From Lingula anatina (taxonomy: Eukaryota; Animalia; Brachiopoda), in contig CM120645.1 of assembly GCA_051362555.1 (NCBI GenBank), positions 16,182,001 through 16,246,000 on the forward strand: a stretch of DNA of 64,000 nt, written 5' to 3'. Shown one piece after another: positions 51,001 through 63,400 of the stretch; within the stretch, counting starts at the first letter, position 1, and every line of letters begins with the position of its first letter. Both the position numbers and the translations under genes were made by a program. The notes under the pieces were generated by a model. The model was not told where the DNA came from, made no database searches, and saw nothing but the letters and a program-made list of their open reading frames with translations.

Positions 51001-54000
51001 ATATCCATTATGTTTAGCAGGAGCACATCAAGCCGTGCACTTGGCTTTTTGGAACGTTATAACTATATTTTTGTACAAAATTGTATCACCTTAAATGTCA
51101 TTTTACTTTTTGTTGTTGTAAAATACAGGACTAATTCGAAAATGGTTCCAATCGATCAATTATCTAAAAAATTTAGCGCAATTTTTATCTTCCTCGAGGC
51201 GCTATAACTTAAGTTTTAACAGCAGGATCTGCACCTTGTGACGTCTTTAATTGTTTATTGCTGTGCAATTCAAGGCAAGTTCAAAAATGGACCTCCTCCA
51301 TATATTATAATAATTTTGGTAATTTTATGTTTTTTATAGAATATTTCTGAGACAAAACAAGTAGACAATATTTTCGATTAATTGAAAACCTTTTTAAGAA
51401 ATGCTTGATTAAAATGCCATTGAAGTTTTCTGGTGCTATTAAACGTCTTCTTTGAAATGCTCACAGAATGCTTGCAAAATGTTTTTGTGGTATCCGTGGA
51501 AGCTTTCTATTTTCTTTTCTTTTCATAATTCGTTTTGTATATGCCAGGCTCATAGTGCACTAAAACAGGGCTGTGCGACACCTGAATTCTCCAAGTTTCT
51601 TGTTGGGCTGAGGAAGCTTTTTCCTAAAACCCTAAAATCAAACCAGGAGGATAAATACAGGTAACAAACGGTTCTTTGTAGCTGTTTACTTTATAATGGC
51701 TACCAAAAATATATCATTCAGTGAAAGGTTTATAAAGGATGAGCATGTTTAGACTCTGAACGTTTTGTTTTATTACTTAATTTAGACAACCATTTAACCA
51801 GAGAAAATCTACTTTTCATTTTTCATTCTCAATTTAGATTCGTGGTCCATATTCTGAGAAGATCTGCATTTCATCTTAAGTCAGCTTTGAATATCTTTGA
51901 AAGATCTGAAGAAGAGCGTAACAGAAAAGCTGCTGAAATCATGCTACAGATTGGAAAAATAAAGAACAGTTTTGAAAAGAATCGTTTTAAATTGCTAGGA
52001 AGTTTAAACACAAAGGCTAAAGAAGCTGCACGACTAATCAAAGATTACCTGAATAAGAATAACGAGCGTGTCCTAAAATGGAAAGATGGCGATTGTCCAA
52101 AGCCTACTGATCACTGGGATGACCTTTACACACAAGCTAGAACCCTCATCCTCGGGAGAATCCGCGAACTGCTTGAGGAATGGAACACCAACACGGCGTT
52201 CTTCACAAAAGCACAAAAGGAGCTTATAGGAAAGTTCCACGTAGAGTTCAACATCATGGAGAACCAAGTAGCTCTTTTGGAAGGTCAGTTAACCAGCAAC
52301 GATATGCTGGAAGTCGAGGATGCAAACCCCACAGGCTTAAGAGACGTGGAGGACACTGCTACGTTTACAACCACTGAAAAAGTCATCATTGGCGTCACTT
52401 CTCCAGTATGGATTCCAATAGGCCTTGTAGCTTCTCTTTTTGTCATCCCTGTTGCCCTTGGTGTAGCACTAAAAGAGCATCTCTTCGAGAAGAAACAAAT
52501 CAAAGAGTATAAAAAACACAAAACGGTGGTTATGGAATATATTGCAGGAAAAGTGCTCGAACATTTTATGTCAGAAGAAAACCTGTCGAAAGAGGTGATG
52601 CGGTACTTGAACTCTGCAGTTGCCACACTCAATAACCTACTCAGTGCTATTCCAAAACTCCTAGATGATGACCTACAGCTCATAAAAAGGTTGCTAAGTG
52701 AGAGTCAGACAGCAGAATCAGAGTTGCAGTTGTATCAGAAAAAGCTTCAACGAAATGATGCCTTAGAGGGATGTCTTGGGTTGCTGTACGTGACAAAAAT
52801 CCGTGAGGACATCAACGAGACAGAAATAGATTGGGAATCGCCTGCTTTTGCTTCTGGCACATTTGGCGAAGTTTATTACGTAACCCTTCTATCAAAAAAC
52901 AACATGAATGCAGCGGCAAAAGTGATGAAGCAGTCCGCAACAACAGAGAATGTGGGAGAGGCTATACTGGAGGAGGAATGCTTGAGGTGAGATGTACAGA
53001 TTAGGATAGATGCTAAGGTTTTACTTTATTATTTATTAATTTTATCAATGGCGAAAATGTCATTTAAAGTCGTTTAGGAAAGGGTGGACGTATTAAAATG
53101 CTGGTGTGTGTATTTTAATGTGTGAAGGGGGAAATGATTTTGCTACATTTAATACGAAGATTAGCATGATCAGTTTGACTAGTTTTGTTGATACAGGAGA
53201 CTTAACAGAACCCCAAACATCATCAAGTTCATAGGAACCAGCGCCATCATAAAGCCAGATGGTAACAGGCGCCTTGTCATTCTAATGGAGTACTGTCCTA
53301 CAACCCTTGCTGATCGTATGTTGAATGCAGATGCGACAAGGCCCAAAGGACAACGAGAGACCATAAATCCTGGTTTGAAGCAGCCATTAGATCATGGCCT
53401 CACGCGTTCCGTCGCTAACTTTGGTAGGCAAATATGCACTGGATTAAAAAGCATGCATGCTCAAGGATACGTTCACCGAGACTTGAAACCAGAAAACATA
53501 TTGGTAAGTCTGAAGTTGGCTGGATAAGATATTCCTAAAGCAACCCGCACAGTGAGCAATTGGCGCGCGCCACTTGCGCTGCGCCAGATGCTTGCGCTCC
53601 TCAGCTCCCCGCAAACGCTGCGCTCTTTGCTCAGCAGAGGTGCCTCCCGGCCTGCCCCTATCGGACGCACTGTGAACTGTGGGATCATGTGTTTAAGGAA
53701 ACATTACATATTGATTTTTTTTTCTGGTAGTAATGGAAAATGGTGACCACGTTAATCAATCAGACTAACTTTAACTGTGTACATTTTTGTTGACTTCGCT
53801 GGGGGATACCATTTTTGTTTGTTTCCGTGTGTCTCACCGTGTGCGGGGTGCTTAAGATGGAAGTTTTAGTGACTCAGACTTTATTTGTTATGGATGAATA
53901 GCATTTTATATACTACATATACTTCTTCATGGTATTATCAAAACTTCTGTTTTGATTCAGTACTTTGTACAGCAGTAATAATAATTATGTTTCCGTTGTA

Positions 54001-57000
54001 CAACGTTTTAAAAACGTTGGAAATGTTTTAATCCCTATCCTGTGAATAGAAGGGGGCGGACAAACAATGGAGAGCCGTCTAAATCCCTTCAAAATTCGAA
54101 CACAAAAACACAATAGTTTAGACGTAATAACACACAATATCTTAGGCGAGTGAACCCCATGACGCCGGTATCTGTGGTCCAGTCCGCTATATCATAGTGT
54201 AATTAACAGCAGGATACATCAGCCAGAAGGTCTCCATTGTTTGTTGTGGCGATAGGATTATAGCTGTAAGAGGCTTAAACCCATGCTACCAGGTGCCACT
54301 AAACCGTCTCCCGTAGCGAACTGTCCTTTTGTTCACTAGTTTGGCACGAGCAGCTGATTATCTTTTTTAGTGTTGCAAACAAACTGCTAGTTAAATTTGT
54401 TCTCAGGTATTTTATTCAATATGAATTTTCCGTAGTCAAAAATTGAACTAAGTATTGTTTGTTTTATTAACATGCATGAGAGTGAGCATCAACCTCAAAA
54501 AATTATTATTGCATTAATATATAAATGAATGATTTATTTATAAAATTACTGATTCAAGTATTTATAAAACATGAACGATAATGAATTCGGAATAAGGAAA
54601 AAAACAGCGAATAGCATTTTCAATAAAGAACAATACATGGCAAATATATTACTTATACTAGAATTATATTATTTAAATTAAATTAAATGAGGTGCATTGG
54701 CAGAGGCACAAGGAGAATCCAACGTGCTACACTACATGGGAGTACGGTCAATTTAAAGTGTAAATCATCAGTTAAAGAGGAGGAGGGGTCTTAACATAGC
54801 TCGCTCTCTATTGTTAAATGCGACTGTAGTTATCTCTCGAACAAGCTTAAAACATGCCCATACGATTACTGTGTCTGCGGCTGCCATGCAGAAACGCCAT
54901 GTCAAACATATTTTGCTACAGTTACAATCAGTGTATTTTGCTACAGTGAGAAACATGGTACACTAGCGACTTGTTTTAGATCACTGAAACAAGAATGCAT
55001 GCATGCGATACCTGGGGGGATACAATCAAGTATGCAACTGATCTATTAATTGTGATTGCACAGTACATGTAACTAGACCTTTGTTCTTACTCAGTAGTTT
55101 GGAATAGGATGCTTAGACAAAAATCTTCTATTCAACTCGCTTAGACCTAGGTCGTGATGCTGTTATCACCCGAGGAAACACCTTCACTGAACCCCCTACC
55201 GGAAGTCCCCCTAGCTAAAACAAAAAAATGCCCCTTGAAACTGTCCATTTGTTAATCGTCAAATGATTTGTGATTTCATTGAACGTCTTTGATCGAAAGC
55301 TTTTAAGTGACAATAACCTTGTGCTGAATATTTATTAAAGCGTACTGGTTGTGCCTATAATTCGCGCGACAATCCGCGTATACTCCATGTACGTATTTTC
55401 TCTGTACTCACGCCCCCTGAGAGACAATGGGTTGTTTTGATAAACTACAAAAGCCTGTGCGGGTAGCAAACAATAGCGACGTGGACTCATACAGGGCCTA
55501 AGCGCACAGGGGGAGGAGCGCATATGTAAATTATTGTACGGGTGATCCTTGGAGACCGGAGTTCGTCCTCGCCAAGCACGGCAGGGTGTTAATTGATGCG
55601 CGCTATAATCCCACTTAATTAACAGCTTTCAACTTGGCAGTATTGCACCTTGCTCTAGGCTGAATGTCGACCTGCCGTCTCGTTGTTTTGTTTGCTTCTT
55701 ACAATCAGGGGAATGGGCCTCTGCTATTTAATACATTTAAAGGATTTTTTAGTAGTTTTGGTGAATTTCTCGAACGATCAGTCAGTGGCCCATACCAATT
55801 AACTCTTCCGATCTTGGCAGGAGTCTCCCTAATTTTGGACGTATCTACCGATCCCTTTTGTCTCGATACATCACACTTTTCTCTTTGTCCTTACGTTTGG
55901 AAACTTCTCAGGTTAAGTAATAGGGGTATAGATAGCACTAAACAATAAAAAGAAAATACCAACGACAAAGCCGTGCCAGGTCTTCGTGTAAGTACCATCC
56001 AAAACACTGTACATGTATGTTGTTTTCGTGGAGACGAAGCTGGTTTCGAAAGGAACCTAAATAGCGATTTTAAAACCACAGCTAGGTAAGCTACCTGGAC
56101 ATTGTAATAAGTGATAGATACAATACAAGTCGCCGAGCCGAACGTGAAATTTAACGAGCGTATTGTCGAGCCACAGGTTGAGTAATTTTCGGGTACAGCT
56201 CGGTGGCGAGTGTTGTATCTAGCTTAAACCACAGCCTCTCATCGGTTAGTGCAATGTCCTCGCCAAATATTACTGAATGCCAGCTGAGCGGTGGAAAACT
56301 AATTCCATGCAAAAATTCTTGTTGGGCATTAGAAAAAATTATCAAAAATGACTTACGAGTGTGTCAATTTGCCTAACGGCAAGGGCTTAAGTGTTTGTGC
56401 AAGATCGGTCACATAACTGCATTCGCTTACTGCAACTCCTTGAATTATGAAATAGATTAATTAAAAGAAGATCTTTAATTGATACGTGTGCAAATGCTGT
56501 GGAGGAGAGTTCGCCCAAACAAATCATTAATGGTAAATGGCATTTGATTAGCCTTTGTTGTGAACACAATAACATCATGTATCAAGTAAGTCCAAATTAA
56601 AAAAGTTTTAATTTTTTTCAATTTACTTCATGTATTATAACAAGAATAATTATCAATGTTGTTTTCATGTGTACATGTACGTCCTAGGGATGGATGGTGG
56701 AAGTAAAAGACTGTCATACTTTTTTTGATATCCCGCTTGTCGGCGGTGGAAATTACAATACAACGCTTCGTTTGCTGGTTAATGATCGCATTAAGTGGTG
56801 GCCGATTTCGCACCTTTTACATTTCATTCAATGGCAGTTACAACTGGTAGTCGCCCCTTTATTTCGGTGTCCAGTGTTACCTAATGACTGGGTTGTAATT
56901 GACCTTCATATTAAAAACTATTCCATTCTTTGTCTAGGTCTACTAGTATACATCCCAAGAGCGTTCTCAGGCGGCAATTGTTAATCATTAAACAATAGCG

Positions 57001-60000
57001 ATAAAGCATCGGTTTCGGCAAATTTCAATCTTTTGGGCCATCAACAGTGCCTAAATATTCAAGAGACACCAGTAAACTAAAGTAAACTAAAGTTATAACT
57101 TCTTGGGGTGAATCAAAATTTTCTCAATTAGGTGCTGGTAGGCTAATGAAAGACTAGGAAATAATCGTTTATTGCATCGAGAATTTAATCCTGTGCAACC
57201 TTCTACAAAATGAAGATTTTTCACTACTGCATGGCTCGTTATTCATAAAGAATGTTTTTAACGTTTTATAAGGTTTTTGACAGATAAATAATTTCACCAA
57301 AGAATCTGCTCTCCGTTATTTGTTTTATTTAGATTTGATTCATTTTATTTAGGAGAAGTCAACAGATATAAAAAGAAAAGAAATACAGGTAGAGGAAAGA
57401 GGAAACTATCAAGAAAAAGTGATGGGAATCCTTAATATTAAAAACATTTACGGGAAATAAGATTGATGTCCTTATCTCCCCTCTTTTTCTACCAAGCCCG
57501 CTTGCTCAAATGATTCATTCCTACTTCGGGGAAAACAAATGATAAAATGCAGAAAATGTAGAAAAGAAGGACACGAACGAGAGAAGAGGGACGGGAGTCT
57601 TTAATATCAAAATATTTACGGGAAAAAAGTATGTGAGAGTGATCTTTATCTTCCGTCTTTCTCTGCCAGGTCGTCTTCTCCAATGCAGGTGCTCTCTGCT
57701 AGTTTTAAAAATATCTTTCTGCATAGACAGCTTGACGATTGGTGATTGAATAATTTCCAGATAAAATATTTAAATACTGTGGCAAGAAAAGGAGACGAGC
57801 CCCCCCCCCACCCCCCACCCCCCCTGTACAAAGAAGCAATGAATTAGAATGTTGTTATTACTGCAATTTTACAAAATTATATTTCTACGGTGAACCACTC
57901 CAGGACATAAATATATCCCACTTAGTGCACAGCAGCTTGAGCGCTTTGTGGGGTATCAGCCTGCGACAAGCAAAGTTTAAATTTGTATGAATGTATTTTT
58001 AATGATATCCTTTTTCAAAAAGGCATCACTTTCACTTCTTCACGCGCACAGAGTCCTTTTTCGCATGGCTTAATTGCTGTCGACCTGCCTCCCTCTACAT
58101 ATAAAATTCAAGATGGCGCACGTGCAGTGACAGGTCCGCATGGCTTGACAGAATAAGTTGACCGAATAATACGCGAAAAACTTTAAATGAGATCACCATA
58201 TAATGTCACGGTAAAAGACGTTAAAGAAGCCAATATACAGATAATCTTCACAACGTCTGAAGTAGTTTATTTAATTTTTGCTCATTACCTCAGACGGCAC
58301 GCTCCGTGGTTTGTGACCGATACTGCATTACGTCATTTTCAAATTAACGTTGCCCGTTATGGGGGAAAATTGTAGATAGCAGGACAAAAAACTCACAAGT
58401 AGAATAAATATTAAATCTTTCAAACAAAACTTTGCAAAGTGAAGCAGAGCCCGTCAGCAAGGCATGAGATAGGACATGTGTCAGCCTAGAGAAAGGAACA
58501 GTACCGGCAGATAAGCAACTATGTAATTACGTCGGCTTATGGCAAGCGGCAATTAACTCCCCGTCGACAATGAACAGGGTGAGAAGCCGCCTCCGATGGA
58601 CAATCGGGGATTGATTTGCATATTAGCGAACATAGGGCGGGCTTGACGTCTTCTCATTTTCATTGCCATTGTGTTTTGCCCTATAATTATCTCGTCACCA
58701 TGTACCCGTACTGCTAAACGACAGACAACTTATAAATATCATCTGTGTTACTGTGTAAATGACCACATTTAGTTAAAATATAACGATGTCGGTGATTTAA
58801 TCCATCCAACATATCTAAATTTGTTCTTTTAAAACCAGTGTCAGGTTAACACCAAATCAAAGCAAGCCTTGATGACTGGTTTTGTTTAAAATATTGTAAA
58901 TTAAGTAAAGCTAAATAAAGCCTGTTTCTAGTTCACAGTGTTTATCCCAGCTACATATACTACAGGGGTATAACAAGACTCCGCAGCGAATTTACTTTCA
59001 CAATACTCTGTGCTTCAAGTTTCCTAGAGTCCCGTTTAATACAATAACATCGAAAAGTATAGCCTAAGTGTAATATAATTATGAGGCCGTGTATGGAAGA
59101 TTTTACATTTCAGAAATTAAAGAATTTAAACATGCTACATGTAGGTTCGTGCACATCACTTAAGTCATTTCACAAAAATTGCACCTAATTGTTTAGATTA
59201 ACCTCTACTTTTATCGATCTCAACGCCTTGTCTGATCCACCTGAAAGAAATATAGTGAACATGAGGCAAACTAACACGTTTACATGTATGCGAAGGGGGT
59301 ATACTTCAATATTGATTGCAAACAATATCAAGAGCGATTCAACACCGTTGCCTGTCTTTCACACGTTTACACGAACACACGAAGGTCGCGTCGCGATATC
59401 TATCTCTCTCTTTCGAACAAGGGCTGACCCGAAGTAAGCTTTCTAAACTAATTTCCTTTTGATTGTGTATTGTAATTACTCCACTTGCTCGCCTCCATTG
59501 TCTTGTAAAAGTGACAAAGAATGTGTTGTTTTCACACTCGAGTTGATAGAACTTTACACAACTCCTTTCCCTTGTTACATAATGTCTTTATCAAGGTTAT
59601 AATCAGTGTGAAGAGGGTGTCTGGCCTCACCTAAAAAGGCAGTTGATTTTCATACTGGTTGTTGCTTAACTCATGCTAACCCACTCTGTACAAATAATTA
59701 TGGTTTCAATAAATCGACAAAATTATGACATTTATGAACAGTGTGTATCAAACGTATTGATACGATTGAAATAAATGGACAAGAAGGATTACGGTATTAG
59801 TTACTATTTACCTTTGGCGTTAACTTCGCCCTGCTATATAAATGAACAAATGTTGCAGATTGTAACAAAAAATTTATTTTTGTGTTTTAATGACATATGC
59901 TTTACATATTTGATAGTGAAACACTACTCGGCTTTAATGAATCACCTGATGTTAACTATGTCTCCCCCTCCCATGCCTCCCGAAAAAACTGCTTCTTTTA

Positions 60001-60449
60001 AATTCGAAATGAATTGTTTTTTTAGACAAAGAAGTTCCCTTTTACGTTTCGGTCATTGTACAGCACGTTGTAATTGGTATTTAAAAAAGTTAATTATTGT
60101 ACTCCGCTTTTCAGTGTTCATCCTGGTGCTTTCATCGGGGATACCTCAGGTTGAGGTACGATTACGTCGCTAGCCTAAATCCATATTTTACTGGAATATA
60201 TTTAAGTACACGTAAAGCTTTGTGAAGTCCCTATTGTCACACATCATAGATAGGGCCTACTGAATTTTGTCTTGAATGAAAAAAATACCCACAACTTATC
60301 GTTTTGTGCTTAAACCTTTCATACTTTGGACCGAGGTTTGATATACAGTGTACTGTAGCTATTATGACATTCCTCAGCATCTAAATGAGAAACGAGGATG
60401 TTTTCCTGTAAAAGCAGCAGCGGCGGTTTAAATGATCGCTATCTCGGTT

Positions 60450-60498
<49 letters not shown>

Positions 60499-63400
60499 AG
60501 CGCAACATAGAAAGTGTTTAGGGAGAAAGTCACACAAAGACCGACGTTGTTTTGTCTTCACATTTACTCTTCCTTTTTTACTGCAATTACTATCGTCAAT
60601 TCATGAAACCGATAAAGCAAATAAGTGACGACACATTGAATATAGTCATAAGGTGCATTTCGCTGAGTGTTTACAAGATCTAGCCACACATTTTATCGCC
60701 ACGCGTTCTAGTCTGATAAAAAAGGGGGCGTTTATGCTGAATCGGAGAATTAGGAGATATGTCACTAAATGGGAAGATTCTCGAGGAGACCGATAGTGTT
60801 GAAAGGTCTGAATAATTTTGTTTAAATGTGAAGGCTAGCTTAGATTATCATACAATGGATGGTATCATAATTGCCTAATATCTTCAGTGTGTGCAACAAG
60901 TGGCGCAACAAATGATAATAAAAACATCAGGAAGAAAGCGGAATAGAATATTTTGAAATTTAAACAGTCACTCATGGCTTTGAATCTGACATCGAATTTA
61001 GCCCAAAATATAAGTAAATTCAGAATTATTAGCTAAAACGTAAATTTACATCTTCCCTTATTTGTCAGATAAAAAAAAATGCCGGTGATCAAAGCGCAGG
61101 ATATGCTTTCCTGAAGGTAGCGGCCACGAACGGCGACGGTGTTTTTCTGAACAATTTACCAGTGAAACTGTATTAGTTACGAAAAGCCTCCTTTTCAACA
61201 GGCGTGTTCTATTAATTAATTCATGTCACAGAGTAAATTTATAAAGGCAAAATTTCATTCAAGGAACTAGTTCCAAGAAATAAACGGGAGCAAAATATAA
61301 GTCAGCACACATATAGACCATACAACAATGAGTCTATATTTAGAGCATAATCCCTCCTGTTATGCATATATGGGCCATCACCTTTTTTCACCGCGAGCCC
61401 CTTTAATTAATATATTGTAGTACTTATTCTACCCATTTCATTTGATATCTCTGTTTCTTTCCCTACCCCTTTCTCTTGTTAGAAGGAGGTTAAATAATTA
61501 AGCACTAAAAATCTGCATCACCAATCTTCAGAAAAGAATAAATGAATGAACCACTGGGCTGGTCCACAACGTCCGACACAGCAGAATGAATCAAATAACA
61601 GCTTTCACAGATTCAACTGCAGTTAGCTATATAGTGTCACTACAAATATAATCCACTGCACGTGCGAAGCTGTTGAACAAAAGGATAGTTCGCCACGGGA
61701 GACCGTTTGTTTACATAAGTACTCTAAGGGGGAGTGCCTACCCAGGCGACCAGGGGATTAGGCTAGTCACTATATTCCGTCAAAAATCGTTTGGCGACCC
61801 TATAATTATCACACTCCCTCTATTGTATTATCTGTCGTTATAATCGCATCTAATCTTCTTTTGGTTGACGGAATAAATGCACACATCCATAATATTAGGA
61901 CGGTACAACGTTTTTCTGTTGTTCAGTACATATGTGATTATCCAAATGCGAAATGTTTGCGCAAATAACCAATTTAAGGGCATATTCCCATAGATTTTAG
62001 ATCGATCTAGCCCCGTAGGGAGTCTCACTAGATTACTGTCAGATAATCCGGCTTAAATGTCCGTCCCGCCTACTACAAGCTGTAAGGGGGTAATTAACTT
62101 TCGTGCCCGCTTGGCTGACAGCTATTTAGCGTGAACCCCCAGGGAGTAAGGTCGATCTAGTTTGGATCGATCTAATCTCTGGGAATGGGGTCTAAGATGC
62201 AATGCTCCTTTTTGAAATAACCCTTTGATGTCATCAGGTAACAGCTAAAGATGAAATTCGACTTGCTGATGTTGGGCTGACAAAACTGCAGAGTGACATC
62301 ACTGGTACACAATGTGGAACATTGGTTTATATGGCACCAGAAATCCTGAGGAAGGAAAAGTACGGGGCACCTGCAGATATGTACACTGTTGGGGTCATGA
62401 TTTGGGAAATGTGGTACGGAAAACGCATCTACAACCTACCTTGCTTCGAGAGCTTTGAAAATATATCAGATATTTTGGAGGTGAGTTATGAAATTATTAC
62501 ACAGAATGAGTAGATGTTAATTCAGTGCAAACTGAATATCATTCAAAAAAAGTATATCGACTAAAACCATTTACATCATAAAATTCATCGTACAAAAGGG
62601 GGAAATGTTCTCACTCGGGTTTAAGAGTCGGTATCTACTGGAAGCCACCTTTACAATGTAATATATTGGGCAGAGATGGTAATATCCTTATTCTGAATCT
62701 CATGGTGACTACCGTCAATGTATTCATTTACAAGTGCATGGATTTTGCCAGATTTTGTGGATTTTTAGTCTTCGTTTGATCGTTTTATTTCATATGGTCT
62801 AAATGAGAAATGAAAAGTGAGCGATAAGAAAACGCAAGCTAAGTTTTCAAGCACTTCAGTTTTACAACCTTCACTCATTCATTTAAATATTTGGGTTTCA
62901 AATACATGGATTTACCCTTCTCAATCTTCCATAGGCCAATAAACCATTTTAACCCAATATTGATCCACACTAAAAAAACTTGTCTAAACTGAAGCACGAA
63001 AAAAAATTAATCGGGATTAAGAAAGCCATGATTGTAAACCATCATTATTAGTATCCTCTACCAGGGCCACAGATTGATTTTGCACACGGTATTCACAGAT
63101 AAGTTTTAAGATAAATAGACGGCTATTTTACTATCTCTGACTCTGCCCTGAAACCGCCAGGTTAATTACATGACTGGTAATTCTATGCATAACAGCTCAG
63201 GCACTGCCACTTAACGGGCCCAAGCCAAGTCCCCTTGACAGCAATCTAGACAGTTAATTGCTCAGATTTTAATCACTTTTTTTTTGACAAATAAATATAA
63301 CCCCTAAATGGCTTGTTACTAAAGATACTTACTAAAATTTCCTGCAGTAGCTCCCCACAGAGTGGGCACAATGTCATCTTTGCGCATGCATATTTAATTG

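Noticed and set aside
60135-60175. TACCTCA...TGAGGTA hairpin as a let-7-like miRNA
   Set aside because: Only the 7-nt seed-like end matches and the stem is too short for a pre-miRNA
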